A stretch of DNA of 64,000 nt from assembly GCA_951406725.2 (NCBI GenBank), contig OX597838.1:620001-684000 (forward strand), read 5' to 3'. This document shows positions 42,047 to 54,596 of this stretch, piece by piece (the stretch's first letter is position 1; the number at the start of each line of letters is the position of its first letter). The notes beneath the pieces are model-generated. The model did not search any database and was not told where the DNA came from. It was given only the letters and a program-made list of their open reading frames with translations. Source of the stretch: Octopus vulgaris. Taxonomy: Eukaryota. The translations under genes were made by a program, and so were the position numbers.

Positions 42047-42420
42047 TGTGTGGTAAGAAGCTTGCTTCCCAACCACATGGTTCCAGGTTCAGTTCCACTG
42101 AGTGGCACCTTGGGCAAGTGTCTTCTATTATAGCCCCAGGTTAACCAAGTCCTTGTGTGTGGATCTGGTAGACGAAAACTGAAAGAAGCCTTCGTATATA
42201 AATACATGTGCATGCGCGCGCCCGAGTGTCTTTGCGTCTGTGTTGGTCTTCTCACCCACCGTCGCTTAACAACCGACGTTGTTGCGTTGCCCCCCCCCCC
42301 ACCTTTTCGGGGGAAAGAAACCGACACGATAAGTTCTAAGCTTACAAAGAATAAATCCTGGAGTCGATTTCTTCAACTAAAATCCCTTAGGGTGGTGCTC
42401 CAGCATGGCCGCAAGTAAAA
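42047..42420 (+). mobile_element. SINE family A copy
   Basis: TGTGTGGTAAGAAGCTTGCTTCCCAACCACATGGTTCCAGGTTCAGTTCCACTGAGTGGCACCTTGGGCAAGTG (the CCTTGGGCAAGT motif is CORE-like)...GGTGGTGCTCCAGCATGGCCGCAAGTAAAA. Confidence 0.85.
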
Positions 42421-42588
42421 GAACAAAAATTAGTTGCATAATGATTGATAAACAGACAGAAAGTCTGACGGACGGACAGACGTACATACAGACAGTCATA
42501 CGTGCATGTCCAATGTGTATGTACGTTTTAAAAAAAACCGAAGCAGGTTCACTTTTTCAAGTCAATTTTTAACCATTTCGTAAACTCT

Positions 42589-42651
<63 letters not shown>

Positions 42652-42688
42652 CACTCACATACACAAACACACATATACATACACACAC

Positions 42689-42725
<37 letters not shown>

Positions 42726-42727
<2 letters not shown>

Positions 42728-43259
42728 ATTTTGTTTAGGACAGGTATAATTACCAACACAGGAACATGTATCATACATCAAAATGAAGCTGGCCCTCTGT
42801 GGATCACATCCCTACTTCTCAACATAGTCATCATTTCTATCAATAGCAATGTTCCACCTTCGAATGAGAGCATGTATCCCTGCCCCGTAAAATTCTGTTG
42901 ACTGTTGTTTGAGCCACTTCTTCACTACAGTTTTCACTTCATCGTCAACAGATTTACCGCCTTCAGACTATCATCTCTTTGGCCCCATGAAAGAGGGTTT
43001 GAGAGGCAAACATTATTCCAGTGACGAGGGAGTGAAGAAGTGGCTCAAAGAACAGTCAACAGAGTTTTACGGGGCAGGGATACATACTCTCATTTGAAGG
43101 TGGAACATTGCTATTGAGAGAAACGGTGACTATGTTTTTGAGATGTAGGGATGTGATCCACAGAGGACCAGCTTCATTTTGATGTATGATACATGTTCCT
43201 GTGTTGGTAATTATACCTGTCCTAAACAAAATGGTATTACTTTTTGACTCACCCTCGTA
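42726..43259. mobile_element. Mariner-derived foldback element built from two inverted transposon 3' ends
   Basis: Plus strand encodes DLPPSDYHLFGPMKEGLRGKHY...W...GDYV (mariner SPDLAPSDY C-terminus). About 200-bp inverted arms at 42726-~42945 and ~43020-43234; right end TTACTTTTTGACTCACCCTCG|TA. Confidence 0.9.
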
Positions 43260-43318
43260 CATACATATGTGTGTGTGTGTGTGTGTACATGTATATTTGT
43301 ATATATATATACACACAT

Positions 43319-43381
<63 letters not shown>

Positions 43382-43599
43382 TGCACACGCACATATACAT
43401 ATACATATGTATATATATATTTAAATAACTTTGATAACTTTGACACGTTTCGGCCAGTATAGGCCCAGTCCACGTCTAACTTAATAGCACCACGTGATGA
43501 AGTATTTTAGTCATAGATGGGGCGTCATAGTCCACACTAACAAAGAGTTATTATTGTTGGAGACATATCCGGGTGTAGAAGGTTGTTCCGGTTTTTTTT

Positions 43600-44330
43600 T
43601 AAAGAAATTTGTCCATTGAACATTTGAATTTTATGAGATCCGTTTCCTTTTTGAAGTATTTTGGTATTAAAGAGAGCTGGATCGGTTGAGGTAAATTAAT
43701 TGTGACGTAATGTGGCTGTGTATTAAGTTCGATTTTTGTAGTGGGCGGGTAGCACAAGGGCCAAATCTTGGATGGATTTTAAAATTGATGCCAACATCAT
43801 CTGTGCAATATTGATGGAATATTTTCCACATAACACAAATGATGTATTGCTCCCAGCGGCGTTGGAGAGAGTAGAGGTTGAGTTTTTTTAGTCGACCCCA
43901 ATAATCAATGCCTCTCATGCCGTCTATCTTTCTTGTTATGGACCTCTGGAGTGCTTCTACTTTCATAATGAGTTGCTTCGTATGGGGGACAACAGTGGGC
44001 AACAGTATTCAAGGTGGGGTCGGGCAAAAGTAGAGAAGGATGATGGTGTAGGCATCTCTAGACCAGAAAGTTCTTAGAATCCAGGAGCACATCTTGCAGG
44101 CCAAATCAACCTTGCTGTGTACGTGGGAAACCCAGCTTAGATTGTTATCTACAATTACTCCAAGGTCTCTGGTATTGTAGGATGACACTAGGAGGTTGTT
44201 CGAGGGAAGAGCATATGGTAATTTCGGAGTTTCCTCTTTTTCAAATTGGATCAAATCAAACTTATCTTCATTTAAAAGCATTATTTTTCTCCGCCCATTG
44301 GACTATAACAAACAGATGTGGCTGAAGGCA
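43600..44330 (-). mobile_element. CR1/Jockey-group LINE ORF2 C-terminal fragment, frameshifted
   Basis: LNEDKF...RDLGVIVDNNLSW..H....K....WILRTF, RPHLEYC, VEALQRSITRKI.GM...DYWGRLKKLNLYSLQRR are standard post-RT motifs of CR1-like LINEs. Confidence 0.9.
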
Positions 44331-44399
44331 TTTTCGATCTTCCATGCCGTTCACAAAAGATCGCTGAGCAAAGACAATAGACACTAAGTGAAGAAAACA

Positions 44400-44825
44400 G
44401 ACAAGGACCTTCTCAGTGTCACGAAATAAAGCGAAGGAGAATGCAAGAAATCCGTGCAATGGAAAGAGCACAAGATTCAGAAGCACAAAGGAATGTGAAT
44501 GGGATGAGAACACAGAAAAACCGTGCAATGGAAACACCACAAAAAACAGAAGCATGGAGGAATACTGATCGGCGGAGGAAAGAGAACTCCAGGGAAAACA
44601 CGACACTGCCACAAATTCAGCAGCGACAAGCAAACAACCAGGTTCGATCCCAACTGAGACTTCGTCAGCAAAGAGCTGACAATGAGAGAATGGCTATGGA
44701 AACTGATGTGGCAGATTTTCATGAGAAAGAACGAAACCCAAGCCTTATGTTGCACTAATGTGGTAATATTTTTAACAGAACATATCCTGACTGCAAAGCT
44801 TACCTTTGGGGTTCTGAGACCCTAG
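44400..44825 (+). pseudogene. Helitron-like ORF N-terminal relic (STPR-like R..ET repeats plus decayed Cys motif)
   Basis: RAMERAQ...RAMETPQ...RENTTLPQ periodic repeats, then after a stop CGNIFNRTYPDCKAYLWGSET, resembling the C..C.A..W..E motif of Helitron proteins. Confidence 0.5.
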
Positions 44826-44920
44826 CCCCTTACCACCAAGAGAAAGCGCTACCGGAAAGTACTGTGGTGCACACCGCCGTTCTCTTCAAGCGTTAAGACC
44901 AGAGAAGGTAAGACCACAGT

Positions 44921-45854
44921 TTAGCTGACAGACACTTTCCCCGTAACAATAGATATAACAAAATATTTGATAGACATACCATGAGATTATCCTGCAGCTG
45001 TGCACCTAATGTAAAAAAAAAAGATTTTAGTAAGTAGGCAGGATGCTCATGCAGGGAGTAACACAACTTGTCCACTAAACAGCCTCTGCAGTACAGAAAC
45101 AGTTGTTTACGAGGCATAAGTAACAGCAACAGGACTCATTGGACAAATGAGCATGTGGAAGTATGTAGGAGCAATGGAAGGCCCCTTCAGAACCTGCTTT
45201 AATAATGACAAGTCCTCATTCAACATCCCAGAGAGACATAACGCCACGACCCTAGCCAAGCACGTCTGGACTCTGAGAGAAAGTACCACGGAGTACAGCA
45301 TAAATTGGAAGATCCTAGAAAGATGCAAACCGCACTTCAATAGTAGCAGGAAGTACAGATTATGCCTGGCTGAGAAGAGAGCAATTTCTCCATTTTCTTC
45401 CCGGCTAGCTATGATCTTTCTTTCTTGGCCTGACTCCCGACCGCCAACACATCTTATGTCCGTCTCCTATATTCCTACCTTTAGGCTTTCGCTTCATACA
45501 CGCAGCCCAATTTGATTCGTTCTCAATCGAAAGACACCTTTAGTAATTTTCTTGTTCTTTTTATTGTTTACCATGTTCTCCGTTTTTTGTCTTTCGTTCC
45601 TCACACATTCGTTAGCTTTCTTACAAAAACATCTAATGCTTTTAGCTCAGACTATTTTGGTGGCGAACCAGATCGAACTCTCTCTAGTGTAACTTCCCGA
45701 AACAGTAAGGACTTCTGGTAACTTGACTGGGGAAAGGAGGCCACGAATGACCCGTCTTTTTTTTGCCTGTCCTTCTAAATGTTGTTTCTCCTATCCGCCT
45801 TTGTATCACCTATCTGTCCGAATGTTTAATTGGTCTCTATTGCGTGTTTGTCCC

Positions 45855-45858
<4 letters not shown>
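44921..45858 (+). mobile_element. Penelope-like element 3' part: GIY-YIG endonuclease relic plus pLTR-like tail
   Basis: HFPRNNRYNKIFDRHTMRLSCSCAPN, CSCR, CPLNSLCSTETVVYEA, YVGAMEGPFRTCFNNDKSSF...TTLAKHVWTLR...INWKIL...RLCLAEKRAI, with stops and frameshifts. The tail ends in (TA)n. Confidence 0.9.
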
Positions 45859-45922
<64 letters not shown>

Positions 45923-46002
45923 ATCATATAGATAATATATATATATATATGCATATACATGCATACATACAAACATACACACACACACATATATATGCAT
46001 AT

Positions 46003-46215
46003 ATGGGTACAGGACGTCACATACAGTAAACAACATGAAATACGAAAACACAAGAGTTGAATACGCAAACAACGAAAGAAACAAATGGAAAACAGGAAAG
46101 TAACATAAAGAACGACCCTTCATCTGCTACTATTTTCTTTCCTTTTGTCGCTGATGCCCTTGGAGACAGAAAGCCCTCGAATGGGTTTCGCTCCGAAATA
46201 TAAATCATCAGAGCT
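46003..46215 (-). mobile_element. Penelope-terminus-like segment with degenerate hammerhead cores
   Basis: Minus strand CTGATGA...GCGAAACCC (46211-46183), then CAGATGAAGGGTCG and a T-rich tail running into microsatellite. Confidence 0.45.
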
Positions 46216-47214
46216 TTGCTGCCCTACACTAGCAGTGTCCTTACCTTTTCTTTTGAACCCCCGATAGAACAATGCTCCAGCATGACTCTGTGATCATTGA
46301 GGGCCATCAGGATTTGTATGTCCCTTGAGAGCCCCACCCAGCAATATATTCAGCCCTCATTACTTGTTCCATTGTGGCAGTAAGGTGATGACAAGGCAGG
46401 AGGCGATCTTCTTGCCAATATCTTTGTTCATGACCCTTCTACTGCAACCCTTCCACATCGATCTAAGCCTTGCAACATCTGTCTATGTTGCACCTCCTCG
46501 GTCTCCTATTCGCCCCATTCTCAGTTTTAATAACAGATACACTGTTCCGTGGTTTTTCTTTCGTCATATGCATAGCTCTAATAGCGCCTTCGCGGGCACG
46601 AGCAAATGCATTCCGATTTTAGCGTTACAGAAGTTTAGAACTATTTTCTCTTTCTTAAATAATAAAAAAAAAAGAGTCCTTGTCATAATGCATTTGATTT
46701 TGTTATAAAATATTGCCAGATAAATGTTTTCTCAATTCATTTATATACAAAATATGTCTTATTGCCAGAACGTACGAAGCTGTTAGCTAATTGGCTCTTT
46801 TGTCTGTTTGGTCGGGAAGACATTTGCGCATGCGTATCGTCGTTGTTAAGCAACTCAAACAGTTTAGCTAAAAAGACTGGAATTACCATTAATTTTTTAA
46901 CAAGAATGCAACGACTTTCCCCATAATAATTTTTGTTCATTTTCTGAAGTTTTTTCGCATCATTTTTCCTACTATAGGGGCATGTTCTGTTGACATGTTT
47001 CGTTCAAGGTTGACTTAATGCAAGATGCTCAAAATATCTGGGTAGGGGGCATCTTAAAAAGCGAGAACATTTTTTTAGAAAAATTCAGTTCTTACCTTTT
47101 TCGAGTTAATTGTAGACGAATGGCAACTCTAAATCGTCCAACTTTTGGTAAATGTTCACAGAGGGTAATCCATGACAGAGCTGTGAGAAAAGATGTCTTC
47201 CAGTAGTAAGATAC

Positions 47215-47276
<62 letters not shown>

Positions 47277-48128
47277 TTTCCTTTATATATATTGACTATA
47301 CTAAAGGTACATGGTAGTATCAGACAGGGCGACGGATTAAGACCAACACGTTTGAAAAATAAAGCTCAGTAGAAACATTCTCCTCGGAAATTGGCGCACG
47401 TACATAGAAATGCAGAAATATATTACTCAAGAATGTATGTATGTATGTATGTATCGGAGTGAAGGTCCAGATAGATATAAGATATACAGAGATTGAATAG
47501 CTTCCTCGCTTCTTTGCTCCACAACAGAAAAAGACGGTAAGTTATAAGGAAAACCTAATTAACGATCGATATACAATAAAATTTCGTAGAAACAGTTATC
47601 TATGGATTCCCAGAAATAAATAAATATACATATCTATAATTTATCTATGTGGGAGAATGGCAGACAAGAGCCAAAAAGTCTGGTGGAAATAGCAAACGTA
47701 CTTTCATTATTAAACTGATAAAAATACTTCTAAGAGGAATCATTAGCCAATATTTCAATTGCACCAAAAACTGAGCAGAAATTAGATATAAGCTGCATTC
47801 CTTAATAGAGTGTATGCGTGGTTGAGTGAATGGCTGGAGAAGCGGAGGCAGGAGATGAAAGGTTAGTCTCTTCCCTATCTTGTCATCAACGGGGTCTGTG
47901 TCCTTTGGACTTATCTCTGATTGGACGAATCCTATTAGTTCGAAGTAGGTATCATTAGTTGTCAGACTCACCACTGCAGGGAGCTAATGTACTCTAGAAC
48001 TGACAAAGGATACGTTCACTAGAAGTGGCGAGTTCCCCCAGTAGGAAACCTATGGGCAGGTTTGTCTTTACACTATTTCACACCACGAAAATCCAAGATA
48101 CACACACACACACACACACGTATAGATT

Positions 48129-48167
<39 letters not shown>

Positions 48168-48170
<3 letters not shown>

Positions 48171-48278
48171 GCCGAAATTGCGAAGATGATCCGGTTCTTG
48201 ACTGAAGATTGAAGGCTTCCGTGTTTTTTGTATCGTCTTCTAAATGTTTTGCGTTCTTGTCCCAGTTTGTATTTTTTT

Positions 48279-48282
<4 letters not shown>
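48168..48282 (+). mobile_element. Family D element copy between (TA)n runs
   Basis: Matches 35706-35836 with an internal deletion. Confidence 0.65.
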
Positions 48283-48333
<51 letters not shown>

Positions 48334-48370
48334 GTGTGTGTATAAAATGGTAATTTTTTTCCGATTGCCA

Positions 48371-48431
48371 GATAACTGAAGAGATGGCGGCGTGGATTTC
48401 CACCTCGGCTTCCGAAACTCGGAGTTTTATC
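48371..48431 (+). ncRNA. Type I hammerhead ribozyme candidate
   Basis: GATAA CTGAAGA G...GTGGA-TT-TCCAC...C GAA ACTC-G-GAGT T TTATC: stem I GATAA/TTATC (5 bp), stem III ACTC/GAGT, G10.1-C11.1, GUU triplet with the predicted cut after 48426. Confidence 0.7.
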
Positions 48432-48482
48432 ACGGCTACCGAATAATTGTCACATATTACCTTTACAGATATATATACATAC

Positions 48483-48555
<73 letters not shown>

Positions 48556-49156
48556 CATATATATATATATAATAAATTACTTAAAAAGTAGAAACTAGGA
48601 TACTCGTTTTAATATCAGAATAATATACTAAAACCAACAAATTGTATTTAGTAACAATTAAGGAGGGGGTGGAAGGCATTGCCTATAACCCTCAATGTCA
48701 CCCCTTTCCCCATATTGGCGAGGCGAAGTGGGAAAAAATGTTCAAAATTCCGTCGTCAAAATGTCAGACGCTGTTTTTTATCATTTATCAAGATTCCACA
48801 TCGTTTGAAAATCTGAAAAATCTGAATCTTAGTTTTTAATCATCATAAAATTGATCAAATTTTTTAATCCTACAAAATCGTGACATTGAAATTATTTCTG
48901 GTTGCCATCATTCATCAGAGTCTTCGGTGTTCTTGGAATTAGAAGACATTCCTCCCCATCCTGCTCTGTCTATTCCACCCCTATCTCTACCCGATACAAT
49001 GAAGTGTATATTACTGGTGGTGTTTCTTAATAAACCCGTACCCTACCCCGCCGCTCATCCAATAATCTCTGTTGTATATTGGGGTCACAACAACCAAGTT
49101 CGAGAGAAAATTGTCCGCAGGTTCAAGTTCAATTAAATATCTTCCTTTGTCGCCTT

Positions 49157-49193
<37 letters not shown>

Positions 49194-49859
49194 GCTGCTA
49201 CTGCTACTGCTGCTACTGCTACTGCTGCTGCTGCTGCTGCTGCCGTCACCACTACCACTACTATTCTCACTTCTCTCTCTCTCTCTCTTCCCTTACTCTC
49301 TTTCTGTCTCCGTCTTCCTAATACATCACTATTACATTCCACAAGCTCTCTTTCGCCGATTCCCTCTGTCTTACTCAGACGTCTAACCTATCCAACTCCC
49401 CTCAACTTCCTTCTCTGTCTCACCCTCTCCTCCATGTTCATGATGCTCCTCTACCCACCACCACTACCATCGCCGCCGCCGCTGCCACCTCTGTGGGGAG
49501 TCGTCAGTGCTAAATTACCGAAACGTGATGAGTTCTACAGCTGTTGTTAGAGACAGTTGCTGCTGCTGCTGCTGCTGCTGCCACTGCTGATGATAGTGGT
49601 GGTTGTGGTGGTGTTAATGGTGGTGGTGATGGTGGTGGTGACGATCATTCGTCTATGTCACTTGTTACTTCAAACAAGTGTAAATCTAGTCCACTTATTT
49701 ACCGCCAGAAAGTACCTCTACATCCCTAAAATATTTGTATTCGCAACGCGAAAATTACAGGCCCCAACCGAGGTTCGAAACTGTGACAAGAACTCGCTTG
49801 ACCAAGAACTTTACTCAAACACTATATTGTCAATAACGACATAAGAAGTCTGTTGCCCA

Positions 49860-49890
49860 TTGATGAGGTCATAATAAGGCAGAAACGTAC
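49860..49890 (+). ncRNA. Degenerate hammerhead-like core
   Basis: TTGATGA GGTCATAATAAGGCA GAAAC GTA resembles the 4579-4640 motifs (GTCATTAATA), but C3 is T and stem I is absent. Confidence 0.3.
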
Positions 49891-51020
49891 TCAGAATTGT
49901 TTGTCTTTTGTGAAACAGAATTACTCATTGAGTCATCTTTTCTTCACCACATTATTTCTAATTGCTCCCTACATTAAATAGACCAACACTAACTTAACTG
50001 CTTTTCTTCCACACGGGGAAGGCGACGCTGAGTAATTTAGTCTCTTGTGTAAAATCATTGAATTTTATGCATATGAGAGACAATAGGGATAGGACAGAAG
50101 AGATACAGAGAGAGGAGGAGGAGGAGAAAAAGTGGATGGGGGAGAACGGGAGGCCGGAGTATTTGACTGTGAACGTTGAGGTGGTGGAGAAATGCCTTTC
50201 CATGAGTTGTGAACCATCTCCCCAGCCTTTTATCTTTTAAAAATACACCGAACTGATTCCTGTGTACTTCAAGTATTGCTTTTAGACTCGCCATTCTGGG
50301 GCACCGTTTTTGAGTGTTTCTTTGTTTACATCCATCACTCCTGACCTCATTCTTAGACATTGAAATGTTATCTGAAAGGTAGACTTGGACGAAATTTGAG
50401 CTCAGAATGTAAATAGCACAAGTTTTAATGCCCGACACGCTACCGACTCTGTCATTCATCCGCCCCCCCCCCCCCGCTACCACCATATGCACGCACACAC
50501 ACACACACACAGATATATACATATTCTTACATATTCGATACACATACAGATTTACCCCTCCGCGACACATACACACGCACACACACGCGCACACACACAC
50601 GTATATACACACACGACTATTTAAATCCTACAATCTATATAGTGGTATGTTTTATTGCACGACATCTTGACACAGAATTAATTAAAACGTGAACAATTAA
50701 AGATGTAAATATTTTGCAAACAACGTAATTTATACATACATACATACACACATACATACATACATACATACATACACACACACATACATACATACATACA
50801 TACATACATACACACACATACATACATACATACATACATACACACATACATACATACACACATACATACATAGACACACATACATACATACATGCATGCA
50901 TGCATGCATACATACATACATACATACATACATACATACATACATAGACACACATACATACATGCATGCATGCATACATACATACATACATACATACATA
51001 CATACATACACACATACATA

Positions 51021-51375
51021 TCTCTGAAAATCAAGGAGAAAGAGGCTAAATATGGACAACTGCTGCGAAACCTTCAGCTTCTATATCCAGATTGAAAAAT
51101 TCGCATTTATACCAGTAATAATCGGAGCATTTGGGTTTGTGAATAAATGCCTGAATGACAATCTGGGTGGGCTAGAGTTTTCGGGAAATGAAATCAACCA
51201 GCAAACTCACACATTACGAACACAATCTGTAAGTGGAACGCTAAAAATATGCAAGACTTTTCTCAAGTTTAAAATGTGACATTGTTTTTGTTATCTACAT
51301 TCCAACGATGGAGATTTCGATCTGTGTAAGAAACCGGTTTCTTTCTCAGTGAAAGAATTTAAATAATTAAAAAAG
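51021..51375 (+). mobile_element. RLE-type non-LTR retrotransposon (R2/R4/NeSL group) C-terminus and 3' UTR
   Basis: KIKEKEAKYGQLLRNLQLLYPD*KFAFIPVIIGAFGFV...SVSGTLKICKTFLKF* matches the K..KY..L...IP.IIGA.G end of restriction-like endonuclease domains; ends in an A-rich tract. Confidence 0.75.
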
Positions 51376-52254
51376 AAGAGGATATACATTCGTACACACA
51401 CGCGCGCACGCACACACTCACACACACTCACACGCACTCACACATACGTATGTATGTGTGTATGAACAAAATTTATGTTTGAGTGTTATTCCATGCTAAT
51501 AATGGGTTGCGGGTGGCACTATGGCATCACACCATCATTTGATGTCCAACTTCACAGGGCTTACACCCCAGAAACAGAGGCAATGAAAGACCTCCCTAAT
51601 CGAAGGTGCAATGCTCTCGCTCCCTCCCTGTCTCTCTTGAAGTCACGTGATTTGTTCGTCCCAGACACTGACTGGTGGTCCACCCCACTAACTGTTTGCT
51701 ATTCCCATCTTCATCGCATCTCTTCTCAGTTTCCAAATCTAAACGTGGAGCTGTTTACCGTCTGCTAAGATACTCACCTGCAGACTCTGCCAAATGGAAT
51801 GACGAGACTTTCAACAAGGCGACAATACATACATACCTGCATTTGAGGTATTTGCATCCATCCATCCATCCATCCATCCATCCATCCATCCATCCATCCA
51901 TTCATACATATATACGTACATGCTTATACACACACACACACTCTCTCACACACACAGACACGCGCATGCGCGCATTGTGTCTAATAACCTAAAAGCTGAT
52001 AAGAGCTGAGCTTGCAGAATATGTTCAACTGCAGCGCGCTGTGATCTCAAATATCTCTATCAACATTAATCCATAGCACTCTACATCATACTCCAGACAT
52101 AACAGCCGCCCCGACTACCTTCACGGTAGACACCAGTAGACACTATATATATATTTATATCAATTTCATACACAACCGAAAGAACTACTAATAGTCTAAT
52201 AGTTTCATTTATTTTTGGTACTTTAAACATATTAATAAAATATACGATGTATCT

Positions 52255-52435
52255 CCAAGTAATCTTTCAAGCTCTGTTTATGCGTTATCTCTATTTTGAA
52301 AGCGAAGATGCTGGACAGTGAAAATATAACAAAAGACAAGAAGGGAAACACAGTATTTAATTCCAGATCTGAAATTTCTAGCAGGTGCAAACTCATGGAC
52401 AGGTTTCTTTTGTCGAATTGGAGAACACCACCTCT
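52255..52435 (+). mobile_element. Penelope-like GIY-YIG extreme C-terminal relic
   Basis: KLCL...VFNSRSEISSRCKLMDRFLL resembles the PLE C.LCL.EK...LN.RSE..S.CRH..KFLL terminus; followed by (TA)n. Confidence 0.55.
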
Positions 52436-52981
52436 CCAGATTGCGTATATATATATATATATATATATATATGCAGGGTCGCCTTTGTTTGCCTGACTGC
52501 TTACATAACACATAGGTGCTGGACCGAGCCAGACTCGGGTTTTAAAATACCAGTGTGACATTAGCAGCCATACAGACAGCGGAGAGAATATAATATATCT
52601 CAGCAATCACAGCCGGCAGTGTGATCCATCTGCATCACAGACATACGGTATATAACTTAGAACACATAGTGCTGGCAAAAAAGAAGGGACCCCAGTATTA
52701 AATAAATACCCGATATAGCTGACATGTAACAGGCGTGGTTCTGGTTATTTCTTAGATTATTCTACAATTTGATTTAATTTCGAAAAAAAAAAAAAATTTT
52801 ATTGATTAAATTTATGTTGCAATTTGGTATTTCTCGGGCAAGCATGGTTCGCATTTCTTTTCGCTTTCCGTATAAGCTTTGGGGAGAACAATAATGGAGC
52901 ATGGTTTTCTATACGACGAGGGAGTGATGAAAAGTTTCTGAGCACGTGTGTTAAATAAATATCTCGCCTGTGTGTGTGTGT

Positions 52982-53040
<59 letters not shown>

Positions 53041-53472
53041 CGTGTGTGTGTGTGTGTGCTTGTAAGTAGATTCCAAGTAAATCTCTTACCGTACTCTTAT
53101 GTTGTCTGCTGATAAGCTAAGAAATGTCATTGAAATATCCCAATAATTTGACCTTCACTTTTCCATCGATCATAAACTTTCAGGAAACCACTTTGTATTG
53201 TCTACTAAGAGATAGCTGGCCCTAATTTACACCAACAGGGAAATTGGTACGCTAGGTAAATCCTTGAATTATTCGCCGACCATTTTTGAGAAAATTTGGC
53301 TGCAAACCTAAGTAGGAGAATAGCAGACAGCGTTGCTGATAAAGAAGTCTCCGAATGTGCTACTACACTAATAAACCTGGCAGCTTTGCGGAATATATCA
53401 AATTTCTTCACATAGAACATCTTAATTCAAGAGTAAAGGAAAATAAATACAATCTGCTTTAATCTACACTAA

Positions 53473-53567
<95 letters not shown>

Positions 53568-54046
53568 AAGACAGACAGAAATGCAAAGAAGTACCAAAGT
53601 TTCTTTACCAAACATTTCTCCTTTGTTTACAAGTTTTATGATGCATTTTATGGAAATAATAGGGTGTTAGACGACTCACAGTCCATAGGTACCAAATGAA
53701 ACTGTAACTAAGAAGGGTGTATGCTTGTTTATCACACCATGATAAAAAGAAAATGATAGCGAAGAAGAAATAGGAACTATAAGACCTTTAGATGCTGTAT
53801 TTTCACATCATTATCAGCTCATTCTGAATTTAAAGTAAAAAGAGTGAGACATCTTTGCCAAAATATAAAATGATTAAAAGCGAAGTTTGTCGTAAGTCCT
53901 TTTATTCTGATTGCGTCTCTGCTCGAACTGCTGTTCTCTGGAACTCACTACCACCGTCGTCTTTCTTCCCGTCTATGGCATTCACTCCTTTCAGCTCTCT
54001 GTCAGTCGACAACTTTTGAATTTGTTAGCCCCTTCTTCGTAGTCCC

Positions 54047-54130
54047 TTACCTGATGATGGTGGATTATATATCATGATACAACCTTTTATGACGACATTA
54101 AATAAAATTGAATCGAAACAGCTGTCGTAA
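54047..54130 (+). ncRNA. Type I hammerhead ribozyme candidate with long stem II region
   Basis: TTAC CTGATGA [~57 nt containing GATT/AATC and TCATGA/TTATGA pairing] GAA ACAGCTGT C GTAA: stem I TTAC/GTAA, palindromic stem III ACAGCTGT, GUC triplet at 54124-54126. Confidence 0.65.
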
Positions 54131-54425
54131 ATCTAAACACCGTCGTTTGTGTTTACTTACTATGCCTACGCCAGTCGGATCTATGTTTTAAATTGGATTT
54201 GGTACTTACATATCTACCGTATGTCTACAATGCTGCTTATTTCACTGTGAGCTCCATGTTATTGTGACTAGCCATTTCTGGCGTCCTGCGAGTTCATGTG
54301 CCCCGATTCTTATGAATCCTTATGAAAAAATTACATTTGTGTGTGTACGTGAGTGCGCGTGCGTGTGAGTGTGTGTGAATGTGTGTGCGTATATATGTGT
54401 GTATGTATGTATATATGTATGAATG

Positions 54426-54457
<32 letters not shown>

Positions 54458-54565
54458 CACATATATATATATAGATAGATAGATAGATATACATGTATGT
54501 GTATATGTAAGAGACATGCATATATATATATATATATATATGTATATATTATGCATGTATGTGTG

Positions 54566-54596
<31 letters not shown>

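Noticed and set aside
47645-47974. 109-aa minus-strand ORF
   Set aside because: Non-ATG start, no recognisable motif and no supporting splice structure.
48381-48392. YY1 site / start codon AGATGGCGGCG
   Set aside because: It falls inside stem II of the hammerhead candidate, and there is no promoter or ORF context.
52296-52496. Host exon MLDSENITKDKK...
   Set aside because: Better explained as the C-terminus of a Penelope-like endonuclease.
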